Origin: Candidatus Sungiibacteriota bacterium
GTDB taxonomy: Bacteria; Patescibacteriota; Minisyncoccia; Sungbacterales; HO2-52-23
Direction of reading: 5' to 3'
Assembly (NCBI GenBank): GCA_016180435.1
Contig: JACPBG010000001.1
Span: 136,358-200,357, forward strand
Length of the DNA: 64,000 bases
The translations under genes were made by a program, and so were the position numbers. The notes under the pieces are model-generated. The model had not been told where the DNA came from and ran no database searches. It was given only the letters and a program-made list of their open reading frames with translations. Positions 1 through 10,682 of this stretch are shown here, one piece after another (positions within the stretch are counted from its first letter, which is position 1; each line of letters starts with the position of its first letter).

Positions 1-2395
1 TAAAATATTCCAACACGTTAAGGCCTTCTTTATAAGAAGAGAGTACGGGTAATTCAATAATTTTTCCGGCGGGGTTTACCACAAGTCCTTTCATGCCTGC
101 CATCTGGCGAATCTGGGTCCAGGTGCCGCGCGCCCGCGATTCAACCATGGTTGAAACCGAACTTTCCGGATCAAGCGATGTCGGCACAAGCTTCGTGATG
201 TCTTCCACAACTTTCTGCCATATTTCCACGATTTTTTCATAGCGCTCGCGATCGGTAAGAAGCCCTCTTTGGTATTGTTCAATAATCTGCGAAACGCGCG
301 CTTCCGCATCTTTGATTATTTCTGGCTTGGCATCCGGTATTTTTAAATCATCAATCCCCCATGAAATTCCGGAGCGCGTGGCATATTCAAACCCGAAACG
401 CTTTATGCGATCCAGGATCGGCGGAGTATTCACGATGCCGTAGCGCTTGATGATATGCGCCACTACTTCGGCAAGATCGCGCGATTTCAGCTGCTCATTC
501 ACATATGGAAAATCGTCCGGCAATTCACGGTTAAAAAGCAAACGCCCGACCGATGTCTCAATCAATGTCAGGCCCGTGGGCAATGCGGCATGCGCCTCTT
601 CGGATTTTCGCCCCTCTATTTTGGATGACGGAACCCGAACTTTTATCAATGCCTGAAAATCAACAGCTCCAAACTCGTAAGCAAGCAGGGCATCATCTGC
701 TGATGAGAAAATTTTTCCTTCGCCTTTGAGTCCCTTGCGAACATTGGTCGCAAAATAACAGCCGAGCACCATATCCTTATCCGGATTTACAATCGGATCT
801 CCGGTTGCCGGTTTTAAAAGGTTGTTGGCCGAAAGCATGATATGGCGCGCCTCGGCTTGCGCTTCATCCGTAAGCGGCAGGTGCACAGCCATCTGGTCTC
901 CGTCAAAATCCGCGTTAAACGCCGGACACACCATAGGATGTATTTGAATGGCATCTCCCTCGATTAGAACCGGCTGAAAGGCCTGAATTCCCAAGCGATG
1001 CAGGGTAGGCGCGCGATTCAAAAGAACATATCTTCCCGCAATGACTTCTTCCAATACCGCCCACACGCGCGGATCCTGATCCTCGATCAAGCGGCCGGCG
1101 CCGCGGATATTATGCGCAAATCCCCGCTCAATGAGCTTTCGTATGACAAACGGCTTAAAAAGTTCCAGCGCCATTTTTTTCGGAATTCCGCATTCATTCA
1201 AATTCAAATCCGGCCCGACCACAATGACTGACCGGCCGGAATAATCCACGCGCTTACCCAAAAGATTTTGGCGGAAACGGCCTTGTTTGCCTTTCAAAAT
1301 GTCGGCCAGAGATTTTAAGGGTCGGCGCTGAACTTGGGATGCCACCGGGGCCACTCCGCGGCGGATGGAGTTATCAATCAAAGCATCCACTGCCTCCTGC
1401 AGCATTCTTTTTTCGTTGCGCGTAATAACATCCGGCGCATTCAACTCATGCAGGCGTTTCAGCCGGTTATTGCGGTTTATGACGCGCCGGTATAAATCGT
1501 TTAAATCAGATGTGGCATACCGCCCGCCGTCAAGCTGAACCATGGGACGCAGATCCGGAGGAATAATCGGAATCATGGTCAAAAACATCCATTCCGGACG
1601 TATGCCGGACCGGATTGCGCCCTTAATAATCTGCAGACGCTTCAAGGTTTTTCGCTGCAAAACCGGCGACTGATTTTCAAAATCCGCCTCAAGTTTCTTT
1701 TGCAGATCGGAAAGATTTATACCCTCCAATATCCTCCGGATCGCTTCGGCTCCGATGGACGCTTCAAATGCTTCGCCGAATTTTCTGGACAGGCGGTGAT
1801 ATTCTATTTCCGAAACAACTTGATGCATATGCAGCCCGCGAAGTTCCTCCCGCGCCTTATCGCGGATTTCTTTCAAACTTGCCAGATCTTCGCCGGCAAC
1901 GCCCTTGGATTTTAATTTGAATTCGCGCTCAATTTCCTCAAGCGATGTTTGACGCGCCTCCTCATTTATTTTGGTAATGATGTAACCCGCAAAATAAATT
2001 ACTTTTTCAAGATTCGCGACCGATATATCAAGAATCAAACCGATCTTGGAAGGCACGCCGCGCAAAAACCATATATGCGAAACCGGGGCGGCAAGTTTGA
2101 TATGCCCCATGCGCTCGCGGCGCACAATTGCGCGCGTAACTTCCACTCCGCATTTATCGCATACCACGCCCTTATAACGAATCCTGCGGTATTTACCGCA
2201 ATAACACTCCCAGTCCTTGGTGGGGCCGAAAATCCGTTCATCAAAAAGCCCGTCGCGTTCCGGACGCCCGGTACGATAATTTATGGTTTCGGGTTTAGTC
2301 ACCTCGCCGTATGACCAGCGGGTAATGGCGTCCGGAGAAGCCAGACGCAGGGCAATTCCCGAAAAATCTCCTAAAAATGATTGGATTTCTGGCAT
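1..2395 (-). CDS. rpoC: DNA-directed RNA polymerase beta' subunit, 5' part (runs off window start)
   Basis: Manual translation from ATG at 2395 gives [44 protein letters not shown]; NADFDGD catalytic motif near 900-920; absent from the ORF track because it is truncated. Confidence 0.97.
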   Translation of the reverse strand, partial: MPEIQSFLGDFSGIALRLASPDAITRWSYGEVTKPETINYRTGRPERDGLFDERIFGPTKDWECYCGKYRRIRYKGVVCDKCGVEVTRAIVRRERMGHIKLAAPVSHIWFLRGVPSKIGLILDISVANLEKVIYFAGYIITKINEEARQTSLEEIEREFKLKSKGVAGEDLASLKEIRDKAREELRGLHMHQVVSEIEYHRLSRKFGEAFEASIGAEAIRRILEGINLSDLQKKLEADFENQSPVLQRKTLKRLQIIKGAIRSGIRPEWMFLTMIPIIPPDLRPMVQLDGGRYATSDLNDLYRRVINRNNRLKRLHELNAPDVITRNEKRMLQEAVDALIDNSIRRGVAPVASQVQRRPLKSLADILKGKQGRFRQNLLGKRVDYSGRSVIVVGPDLNLNECGIPKKMALELFKPFVIRKLIERGFAHNIRGAGRLIEDQDPRVWAVLEEVIAGRYVLLNRAPTLHRLGIQAFQPVLIEGDAIQIHPMVCPAFNADFDGDQMAVHLPLTDEAQAEARHIMLSANNLLKPATGDPIVNPDKDMVLGCYFATNVRKGLKGEGKIFSSADDALLAYEFGAVDFQALIKVRVPSSKIEGRKSEEAHAALPTGLTLIETSVGRLLFNRELPDDFPYVNEQLKSRDLAEVVAHIIKRYGIVNTPPILDRIKRFGFEYATRSGISWGIDDLKIPDAKPEIIKDAEARVSQIIEQYQRGLLTDRERYEKIVEIWQKVVEDITKLVPTSLDPESSVSTMVESRARGTWTQIRQMAGMKGLVVNPAGKIIELPVLSSYKEGLNVLEYF

Positions 2396-2405
2396 CTATA
2401 CAAAC

Positions 2406-2551
2406 GGTGGTTCTCAACAAATATGTTTAAAAATCTTCGTGAAATCCCGCCGTGATTTCACTCATCACGGGTCGGCCTCGCTCGTTCGCTTGCGCTCACA
2501 CCATGGCCGCTCGGCCTCCCAGTGTTTTTAAACATATTTGTCTCGACCACC
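2406..2551 (-). repeat. Structured repeat family A, copy 1
   Basis: Outer inverted repeat acaaatatgtttaaaaa/tttttaaacatatttgt; minus strand reads ACACTGGGAGG..CCGACCCGTGATGAG; closely similar core at 52554-52682. Confidence 0.85.
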
Positions 2552-2709
2552 TTATTTTGATTTGCCTTATTATTTTAAATCACTATTTTAATAGTTATTT
2601 CGTGAATCTTTAGGTAGAAAATAAAAAATTATTAATAAACCACTTCACTATTGTAGCAACATTCGTCCGCCTTCGCTAAAGCTTCGGCAAGACATCGGCC
2701 TATCTTTAT

Positions 2710-2814
2710 CTAAATAATCTCAACATTGTAACAGGCCTCGCAATAAACTATCTCCATCCTTTCCGGCGCGATTACAAAATCTTTTTTACAATTTTGGCAG
2801 TTTCGCGTTTCCAT
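2710..2814 (-). pseudogene. Internally deleted remnant of a Zn-ribbon protein (N- and C-termini joined out of frame)
   Basis: METRNCQNCKKDFVIAPE followed in another frame by EIVYCEACYNVEII-stop. Confidence 0.6.
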
Positions 2815-2947
2815 GTATTTTATCAATGGCCGCCATCGGCGGCTACATTATGCAAATCTCACTTTTTTCTTTTAAGGCGCTGAATGCTGTTTTGCGCGGT
2901 AACCGATATTTTTTGCAAAACTTTTAAGTGAGTCGGGGGAGGGACAA

Positions 2948-3088
2948 TTTCGGATACAGTAATTTCAGACAATGGGAGGCAAAATTTGCTTGGTTCGTCC
3001 CGCTAAAGGCGGGACGAAAATTTTGCCGACCCTTAGCGAGGTTTTCGCAGGAAAAACCGAGACGTGTCTGAAATTACTGTATCCGAAA
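2948..3088 (+). repeat. Structured repeat family A, copy 2
   Basis: Perfect 24-bp inverted repeat tttcggatacagtaatttcagaca; core ACAATGGGAGG..CCGACCCTTAGCGAG. Confidence 0.88.
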
Positions 3089-3094
3089 AATGTA

Positions 3095-6000
3095 TCACCG
3101 GGATACCACTTTCGCACGAGCGGCATACTGCCGACCCGGTTTTCGCTCCTCACCGGATTTCGGCGCCGGCACCTCTTTCTTTATCACGCTTACATCCAGC
3201 GCCAATCCTTTCAGCTCATTCACTAAAACATTGAACGACGCCGGAATATTCGGATTTTTAATTTTTTCGCCATTTATAATCGCCTCATACGTTGCCGAGC
3301 GCCCCAAAACATCATCCGACTTTATGGTCAATAATTCCTGCAGAGTATGGGCGGCTCCGTATCCTTCCAATGCCCAGACTTCCATTTCACCGAATCTCTG
3401 GCCTCCAAACTGCGCTTTTCCTCCCAAGGGCTGTTGAGTAATCAGGGAATATGGCCCGATGGATCGCATGTGAATTTTATCTTCCACCAAATGTATCAGC
3501 TTCATAATATATATATTGCCCACCGTGATTTTCCGGCCAAAACGCTCGCCGGTTCTTCCGTCATAAAGCGGAACTTTTCCGTCCTCGGGAAGCCCGGCTT
3601 TTTTAAGCTCGGCTTTTATCTCTTCTTCCGATGCGCCGGCCAGAGCCGGGGTCACGGCCCGATATCCCAATCTTTGAGCGGCCCAGCCAAGATGGGTCTC
3701 CAGAATTTGTCCGAGATTCATACGAGACGCGACTCCCAATGGATTTAAAATAACATCCACCGGAGTTCCATCTTCCAAATGCGGCATATCTTCCACCGGC
3801 AGAATTTTTGAAATAACACCCTTGTTGCCGTGCCGTCCGGCCAATTTATCGCCCACCGCAACTTTACGGAGCTGGGCAACTTCAACCTGCACGCGCTTGA
3901 TCACGCCGGCTTCCAGCTTGTCGCCGCGCTCGCGCGCAAATACTTTAATCCCGACTATCCGGCCCCGCTTGCCGTGCGGCAGACGCAATGACGTATCTTT
4001 GACATCGCGCGCTTTTTCCCCGAAAATCGCGCGCAATAATTTTTCTTCGGGTGTTAAATCGGATTCGCCTTTGGGCGAAATTTTTCCTACCAAAATATCG
4101 CCGGATCTTACCTCGGCCCCTATTCTTACAATCCCGTCCTCATCCAAATTTTTCAATTTTTCCTCTCCGACATTCGGAATATCATGAGTCGTGATTTCCG
4201 GACCAAGTTTAGTGTCGCGCACATCCACCGAAAAATCTTCAATATGCATCGAGGTAAACCGGTCATTTTCCAGCAGACGTTCCGAAAGAATTATGGCATC
4301 CTCATAATTCGCTCCGACCCAGGAAATAAACGCCACAAGCACATTCTGTCCAAGCGCCAATTCGCCGTCGCTAATAGAGGAACTATCGGCCAAAATATCG
4401 CCCTTCTTTACTTTATCTCCGCGATGCGCGACCGGGCGCTGTCTAATAACAGTAAAGGCATTGGTTCGCAAAAACGAAACCAGAGGATACACTTTCATTT
4501 TTCCGTTTTTATCTTTCACCCGAATTTCACGCGCGTCGGATGATTCCACAACTCCCGCATCTTCGGCGAGAATCACTCTCCCGGAATGGCGCGCCGCATC
4601 AACTTCAACTCCGGTCCCGACATATGGAGCATCGGCGCGGACACACGGCACCGATTGGCGCTGCATGTTTGAGCCCATCAACGCGCGGTTGGCATCATCA
4701 TGCTCAAGAAAAGGGATCAGGCTGGTTGCGATGCTAATTGCCTGCTGTGGAGATACATCCATATAATGAACGTCTTTTTTCTCGATAACTCCCGGGTTTC
4801 CATGTATGCGCGCCTCAATACGCCCAAGTGTGATATTTCCATCGTGATCAATATCAATGCCTGCGTGCGCGATATTAACTTTTGTCTCGAATGCCGCATC
4901 CAGATATTCAATCTCCCCGGTAATTTTGCCGTCCGTGACTTTCATATACGGAGTTAGTATAAGTCCGAGATCGCTTAAGCGCGCGTAACCGGACATATGC
5001 CCCACCAGTCCGATGTTTGGCCCTTCCGGCGTTTGAATCGGACAGATTCTTCCGTAGTGCGAAGGGTGCACATCGCGCACCTCGAATCCGGCGCGTTCTC
5101 TTTGCAGTCCCCCGGGTCCCATGGCCGAAAGACGGCGCTTGTGCTCAAGCTCGGACAACGGATTGATTTGATCCATAAATTGCGAAAGCTGGGATGAAGT
5201 GAAAAATTCCTTGACAGACGCCATAAAAGGACGCGCATTTACCAACTGAGCCGGAGTCAGTGTAACCGGATCAAATGTTGACATGCGATCCTTGACAATT
5301 CTTGCCATGCGCGCAACCCCGACCCGTAATTTATTCTGCAAAAGTTCGCCGACGCAACGCACCCGGCGATTTCCAAGATGATCAATGTCGTCTACCGCCG
5401 CGTCCGGCGCATTATTCAACCGGATTATTTCACGAAGAATCGCAGTAATTTCCTCGGCTCCAAGCACACGATCCTTGGGATCTTTTACGTTTTTTTTCAA
5501 ATCAAGGCGCTGATTCAATTTAAAACGCCCCACTTCTGCCAAGTCATATCGATCCTGTCCGAACATAGCGCGAATAAGAGAGCGCGCATTATCCACGGCC
5601 GCAAGATCCCCGGGACGTATGCGCCGGTATATTTCAATAAATGCGTCATCCGCATTTTTGGAAGAATCGCGCTCCAGGGTTTTTCGCATGTAAGATATCT
5701 CTCCGGTATCAAAATCCTTGAAAAGATTGAGTATGGCGTCATTATCAGCCACGCCAAAAATGCGAAGCAGGACCGAAGCCGGCACTTTTCGCTTGCGGTC
5801 GATTTTCACCTGAATTGCGCCGTCCGAATCTGTTTCAAATTCAAGCCAGGCCCCGCGATTCGGAATTACTTTAGCGCCGAATAGTTTTCTGCCTCGATTC
5901 AAATAAGCCGTGAAATAAACGCCGGAGGAACGTATAAGCTGGGAAACCACAACTCGCTCTACCCCGTTTACTATAAAGGTTCCGCGCGGAGTCATTAACG

Positions 6001-6334
6001 GAAAATCTCCAAGGTATACTTCTTGTTCTTTGGCCTCTTTATTTTGAGAGTTAGTCAAACGCACGCGCACGCGAAGAGGAGCTTCATACGAAAGATTATT
6101 TTCCCGGGCTTGCGCTTCCGTATATTTTGGTTCGTCCAAATAATAATCCGCGAACTCAAATGCCAAACCCTGCTCGCCAAACTCCTCTTTAATGGGGGAC
6201 GACTCCCTGAAAAGTTCTTTAAGTCCGATTTTAAAAAACCAGGCATAGGAATTAACCTGTATTTCGGCAAGATTGGGTAAAGAAATTCGTGAAGCGTGAT
6301 AGCGGGAAAAAATTTTTTTGTTTGACAAAAACAT
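3095..6334 (-). CDS. rpoB: DNA-directed RNA polymerase beta subunit
   Basis: VNGVERVVVSQL, SQLSQFMDQ, GDKLAGRHGNKG and GGQRFGEMEVWALE motifs; 1079 aa. Confidence 0.99.
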   Translation of the reverse strand: MFLSNKKIFSRYHASRISLPNLAEIQVNSYAWFFKIGLKELFRESSPIKEEFGEQGLAFEFADYYLDEPKYTEAQARENNLSYEAPLRVRVRLTNSQNKEAKEQEVYLGDFPLMTPRGTFIVNGVERVVVSQLIRSSGVYFTAYLNRGRKLFGAKVIPNRGAWLEFETDSDGAIQVKIDRKRKVPASVLLRIFGVADNDAILNLFKDFDTGEISYMRKTLERDSSKNADDAFIEIYRRIRPGDLAAVDNARSLIRAMFGQDRYDLAEVGRFKLNQRLDLKKNVKDPKDRVLGAEEITAILREIIRLNNAPDAAVDDIDHLGNRRVRCVGELLQNKLRVGVARMARIVKDRMSTFDPVTLTPAQLVNARPFMASVKEFFTSSQLSQFMDQINPLSELEHKRRLSAMGPGGLQRERAGFEVRDVHPSHYGRICPIQTPEGPNIGLVGHMSGYARLSDLGLILTPYMKVTDGKITGEIEYLDAAFETKVNIAHAGIDIDHDGNITLGRIEARIHGNPGVIEKKDVHYMDVSPQQAISIATSLIPFLEHDDANRALMGSNMQRQSVPCVRADAPYVGTGVEVDAARHSGRVILAEDAGVVESSDAREIRVKDKNGKMKVYPLVSFLRTNAFTVIRQRPVAHRGDKVKKGDILADSSSISDGELALGQNVLVAFISWVGANYEDAIILSERLLENDRFTSMHIEDFSVDVRDTKLGPEITTHDIPNVGEEKLKNLDEDGIVRIGAEVRSGDILVGKISPKGESDLTPEEKLLRAIFGEKARDVKDTSLRLPHGKRGRIVGIKVFARERGDKLEAGVIKRVQVEVAQLRKVAVGDKLAGRHGNKGVISKILPVEDMPHLEDGTPVDVILNPLGVASRMNLGQILETHLGWAAQRLGYRAVTPALAGASEEEIKAELKKAGLPEDGKVPLYDGRTGERFGRKITVGNIYIMKLIHLVEDKIHMRSIGPYSLITQQPLGGKAQFGGQRFGEMEVWALEGYGAAHTLQELLTIKSDDVLGRSATYEAIINGEKIKNPNIPASFNVLVNELKGLALDVSVIKKEVPAPKSGEERKPGRQYAARAKVVSR

Positions 6335-6645
6335 AAAATTATTTTTTAAAATATAAAATTAAAACAAAAAAACCCGAACCCAAATATCCCTTCCCTTGGG
6401 GTTTAAATTAACACTTGCGAATATTCAATCTTCTCGCAAATTGTTTCCCGCCGTGTGGCGGATTTTAAAAATTTGATATATATGCAATTCTTTCGCTATT
6501 CTATCGCTTCAATCATCTTACACTGTTAAGTTTACGCCTATTCGCCAATCATGTCAATATACCAGTTATGCACAGTAACAGTAACGGTAATGGTATACAA
6601 ACCTCGAACTTGCATAATTCACCGGATGAAGATAATATTAAACTC

Positions 6646-6981
6646 ATGGGATTTATACTCAAGTTAGCGGCAAGGGTGCTGATAAATTCAGCGGCGCTGT
6701 ATATTGCGGATGAACTATTGGCGGGATTCACGCGCACCAGCGGATGGTATGCACTTCTTATGGGAGCAGTAATCCTGGCCTTGCTAAATACGTTTTTTAA
6801 GCCGGTCCTCCGTTTCTTGACCTTCCCCTTACGCTGGATCACACTGGGATTATTTAACATTGTGATTGCGATGATAATCCTCTGGACATTTGATTTTATT
6901 TCCGTACAATTCACTATAAATGGCCTAACCACGCTTTTTCTAGCGGCTTTAATTATAATGATCGCTAATTCGTTTTTATGA
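6646..6981 (+). CDS. 4-TM phage holin family (YvlD-like) membrane protein
   Basis: LLNTFFKPVLRFLTFPLRWITLGLF signature; start placed at ATG 6646. Confidence 0.8.
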   Translation: MGFILKLAARVLINSAALYIADELLAGFTRTSGWYALLMGAVILALLNTFFKPVLRFLTFPLRWITLGLFNIVIAMIILWTFDFISVQFTINGLTTLFLAALIIMIANSFL

Positions 6982-7196
6982 AAACAACTCTCATTATCAT
7001 CCAACTCATAGTTTCCACACTGCTTGCCGGCGCTATTCTTCTGCAACAGCGCGGAGGCGGATTATCTCCGGTACTCGGAGGAGAAGGATCGGTATACCGA
7101 ACGCGGCGCGGCATGGAAAAAACACTTTTTGTCGGAACAATAATTTTGGCTGTATTATTTTTTATAACCGGATTACTAAACCTTATACTTCAATAA
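6978..7196 (+). CDS. secG: Preprotein translocase subunit SecG
   Basis: Two TM helices around ILLQQRGGGL..GG..RRGMEKTL. Confidence 0.9.
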   Translation: MKTTLIIIQLIVSTLLAGAILLQQRGGGLSPVLGGEGSVYRTRRGMEKTLFVGTIILAVLFFITGLLNLILQ

Positions 7197-7209
7197 CGAA
7201 AACCAAACG

Positions 7210-8946
7210 GTGGATTTCATACGACTTATCCGCAACTGGAGATTACTTAATTTCAAAAAGCTCCTCTACTTTCCGCACATTTTACATACTTCAGAGAAGC
7301 GTTTTTTTGCAGCGCTTCTCATAGTCGCACTTCTAAGCGGCGGAGCTCTTTTGGTGCGCGGATACCGGATCATCACAATCCCTGCTCCTGGCGTAGGAGG
7401 AACATTTATCGAAGGCGTATTATGGGAGCCGCGCCTGATAAATCCGCTTTACGCGTCGCAAGACACTGACCGCGATATCGCACGCCTTGTATATTCCGGA
7501 CTGCTCTCCTACTCCGGCAACGGAGAAATCATAAACGATCTTGCGGAAAAATATGACATAAGCAGTGACGGAAAAACCTATACCATAATACTCCGCGAAA
7601 ACGCCGAGTGGCATGATGGCAAAAAGGTAACTGCAGATGACATCATCTTCACCGTACACACCCTGCAAAATCCCCAGTATAAAAGCGTCTACCGCGCCAA
7701 CTGGCTTGGCGTAAATGCGGAGAAAATGGATGAGCGTACAGTCAAATTCACTTTGCGCACCGCGTATGCTCCGTTCATAGAAAATCTTACACTTGGCATA
7801 CTGCCCGAGCACATTTGGGGCGCCGTAGGGCCTGAACAAGCACTCATACATGGGGCGAATCTGAAACCAATCGGTTCCGGACCCTATAAATTCAAAGAGT
7901 TCGCCCAGGATAAAGATGGAAACATTGCCTCATACACGCTTGAAAGAAACACAGATTACTTCCTTGAGGGTCCATATCTGAAAACCATACAATTCGTATT
8001 TTTCAAAACAAGCTCCGAGATTCTCGCCGCCTGGAAACGTAAAGCGATTGATGGCTTCACAATCACGGATGAAAAAACGCTGGTAGAAATTAAAGGACGT
8101 AATGAAAACGCGTTGAGAGCCATCGCCATGCCGCGAATAGTAGGTTTATTTTTCAACGAAAAGCACTCGCCTGCGCTCGCCGATAAAAAAATTAGAACAG
8201 CTGTTGCTAAGGCGCTAGACAAAGATAAACTGTCTAAAATTCCGGCAGGCGGAGGTGTGGTGGCCAACTACCCGATTCCTTTTGGGCTGCGGGATAATGT
8301 TGGCACATCCAGCGCATCGGCATATGACCCGGACCTGGCTGCTAAACTTCTGGATGAATCGGGGTGGAAAGACAGAAATAATGACGGAGTACGCAAGAAA
8401 ACGGAACGGGCCAAAGGAAAAGAAACCGAAAAACTCCTGCAATTTACTCTTGCCACATCGGATTGGCCGGAGCTTATACTTGTCGCTGAAAAAATAAAAG
8501 AACAGCTTGGCGCCATCGGTATAGGTGTATCAATTGAAATAAAATCATTTATGGACCTTGAGGCAACTGTTATCCGCCAACGGAACTTCGACATGCTTCT
8601 TTTCGGACAAATATACGGATATGAACCGGATCCGTTCGCATTCTGGCATTCATCCCAAATAAAAGATCCGGGGCTCAATGTTGCACTCTATGCGAATAAA
8701 AAAGCGGATCTACTGCTTGAAGAAACGCGCCGGACATCTGACAAGGAGCTTCGCTCCAAAAAATTTGATGAGTTCTCCAAAATACTTTCCGCGGATATTC
8801 CGGCAATATTTCTCTATACCCAGAATTTTCTATACGTTCTGCCGTCGGATATACAAGGGGCCGAGATTAAACGTGTAGGCGTACCGGCAGACAGATTCAA
8901 TGAGATAAATAAATGGTACAAAGAGACCAAGCGAATTTTTAAATAG
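7210..8946 (+). CDS. Peptide ABC transporter substrate-binding protein (family 5)
   Basis: DLAE..ISSDGKTYT..LR..WHDGKKVTADDIIFT and PIGSGPYKF motifs. Confidence 0.9.
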   Translation: MDFIRLIRNWRLLNFKKLLYFPHILHTSEKRFFAALLIVALLSGGALLVRGYRIITIPAPGVGGTFIEGVLWEPRLINPLYASQDTDRDIARLVYSGLLSYSGNGEIINDLAEKYDISSDGKTYTIILRENAEWHDGKKVTADDIIFTVHTLQNPQYKSVYRANWLGVNAEKMDERTVKFTLRTAYAPFIENLTLGILPEHIWGAVGPEQALIHGANLKPIGSGPYKFKEFAQDKDGNIASYTLERNTDYFLEGPYLKTIQFVFFKTSSEILAAWKRKAIDGFTITDEKTLVEIKGRNENALRAIAMPRIVGLFFNEKHSPALADKKIRTAVAKALDKDKLSKIPAGGGVVANYPIPFGLRDNVGTSSASAYDPDLAAKLLDESGWKDRNNDGVRKKTERAKGKETEKLLQFTLATSDWPELILVAEKIKEQLGAIGIGVSIEIKSFMDLEATVIRQRNFDMLLFGQIYGYEPDPFAFWHSSQIKDPGLNVALYANKKADLLLEETRRTSDKELRSKKFDEFSKILSADIPAIFLYTQNFLYVLPSDIQGAEIKRVGVPADRFNEINKWYKETKRIFK

Positions 8947-8950
8947 TTCT

Positions 8951-9661
8951 ATGAGATTTCCACAATATGAACAATATATAGGCAAATCAAAGGATGAACG
9001 GAGGGAAAAAGTATCCGCCTCGCCCGCGCTTGAACGCAAACGTTTTCTCCTTTCCCGTCATCCGGAATTAAAAGAACGCTTGAAAAAAATACATGAAATA
9101 ATGAAAGAAGAAAAAGCGAAATACCCGGAACTTGTCGCGCTTACACTATTCGGATCACTGACCAAGGGGTATGCGATACCTGAATCCGATATTGACGGTT
9201 ATATTCTAATTGATGAGGATAAAATTCTGCCAAAGAAACCGGAGGAAATTGACTCCCCTAGTGTGTTCTCACACATTCATGATCGGATTAAAGAAGAGTT
9301 AAAACTAAACGCCGAACAAAAGAAAAATCTAACCGCATATATATTCAGCGGAAAACGATTACCGAAGTTACTGACTTATACCCATGATACGACTATTGAC
9401 ATAATGAAGGCCGACCAGCTAATGAGATTTTTCCATCTTTCCATAGGAACCGGAATAAATGACTACCGAAAAATTATCCTCGATACGCTTGAGTCAATGG
9501 GAAAGGACGGAGAAAAAATCTGGAAAAATATATTCAGCCATCTATTCCATTTCGAAAATGGTGGACTTGACACGAAACTATACGCAAAACGCCTCGCGTT
9601 GTATCCGAAAACAATCCAGGAAGCAAAAAAATACTTTCTCCATGAAAACAGTGATCTTTAA
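8951..9661 (+). CDS. Nucleotidyltransferase-domain protein
   Basis: LFGSLTKGY..ESDIDG pol-beta superfamily motif. Confidence 0.7.
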   Translation: MRFPQYEQYIGKSKDERREKVSASPALERKRFLLSRHPELKERLKKIHEIMKEEKAKYPELVALTLFGSLTKGYAIPESDIDGYILIDEDKILPKKPEEIDSPSVFSHIHDRIKEELKLNAEQKKNLTAYIFSGKRLPKLLTYTHDTTIDIMKADQLMRFFHLSIGTGINDYRKIILDTLESMGKDGEKIWKNIFSHLFHFENGGLDTKLYAKRLALYPKTIQEAKKYFLHENSDL

Positions 9662-9665
9662 CAAT

Positions 9666-9694
9666 TTGCAATTTTTTTCTAACTATGCTATACT
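9666..9694 (+). promoter_or_regulatory. Sigma70-type promoter
   Basis: TTGCAA-17 nt-TATACT with an extended -10 TG. Confidence 0.6.
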
Positions 9695-9985
9695 GCGCAT
9701 AACGTAATCTTCCGGAGAGTGGCGCAAAGATCACCTTTCTCCAGAGGACTACTCGTCTTTACACCTCGCACCCGCGAGATTTTCTACGAATAATAATCTA
9801 TTCACATTCGGCGATTCTCCGCTGATATGACGCTGATTACAACGCCGATAAAACGCTGATTTTAATTATTGTATTTACGGGCGAGTGGGTCGCATGCGAG
9901 GTTACACAGCATGCAACGGGCGCAAAAGCGCCCCGGGCCGACACGAGCAACCATTTTTTGATCGAGGCCGTGCCGAGAAAATAAA

Positions 9986-10068
9986 GGGCGAGTGGCGGAA
10001 CGGTATACGCGCTGGCTTCAGGAGCCAGTGGGAGCAATCCTGTGGAGGTTCAAATCCTCTCTCGCCCA
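9986..10068 (+). tRNA. tRNA-Leu(CAG)
   Basis: GGGCGAG/CTCGCCC acceptor, CTGGC-TTCAGGA-GCCAG anticodon arm, long variable arm, GGTTCAAATCC. Confidence 0.96.
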
Positions 10069-10155
10069 TTTTATCTCCTATTTTTAAAATCCTAGACGCG
10101 CTGCAGGATTTAACAACATTCAAGGAACCGAAAATATAAAGTTATAATTTTGAGT

Positions 10156-10605
10156 ATGGGTAAAGAATTACCAATTGAGAAACAAAATCTTAATATAGAA
10201 TTTAATTCACGGGCTATAAGCAAACGCCTCGTCGAATTGCTTGATAAACTTTGTGGACAAGTGCAATGGGAAGGTGACACACCCTATAAAATCCAAGTAA
10301 TAGATGCTGATGATAAAAAAGCCTACGTATTTGCTATTCGCAAAGGAGAAAATTGGTATACCGTTCAACAACGAGAAAGTAACAATCCGAGTTTAGTTAG
10401 AACGTATACTCTTGAAAAAAAGACTGAAAATTGGGATTATATTGATCCCTATCAAATAAAGTGTGGTGCGTCTTCACTTCCTGCATTGCGGGGCGTTCTA
10501 GATAAATTACAAAAAGTCTGGGAATTGTCTCAACCCAAGAAAATAGATAGCAACATAGATACCGCAAACAATCCGCTACCCCCAAAGGATCCTCATAATA
10601 CTTGA
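10156..10605 (+). CDS. Hypothetical protein
   Basis: AT-rich ORF of about 149 aa just downstream of tRNA-Leu. Confidence 0.6.
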   Translation: MGKELPIEKQNLNIEFNSRAISKRLVELLDKLCGQVQWEGDTPYKIQVIDADDKKAYVFAIRKGENWYTVQQRESNNPSLVRTYTLEKKTENWDYIDPYQIKCGASSLPALRGVLDKLQKVWELSQPKKIDSNIDTANNPLPPKDPHNT

Positions 10606-10682
10606 ATGACCTCGATTCTGGATCGTCCCACGCCACCTGAAAAAATTTCATCAAATAGAACCCAAAAACCTCAAAACTAATA

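Noticed and set aside
91-2531. Numerous short ORFs in the track
   Set aside because: Shadow frames of rpoC, which the track missed because it is truncated at the window edge
2426-2532. Calling family A a hammerhead or HDV-like ribozyme
   Set aside because: The core reads GUGAUGA/UUAGCGA and GAAG/GAG rather than CUGANGA/GAAA, and no HDV double pseudoknot could be built; kept only as a testable resemblance
6549-7046. Holin-family gene as evidence of a prophage, and the 165-aa antisense ORF
   Set aside because: No phage genes nearby, and this family occurs in housekeeping contexts; the antisense ORF is a shadow frame
9879-9958. ykkC/guanidine or other named riboswitch
   Set aside because: Only a partial AAAA-loop hairpin resemblance, and the downstream gene is a tRNA
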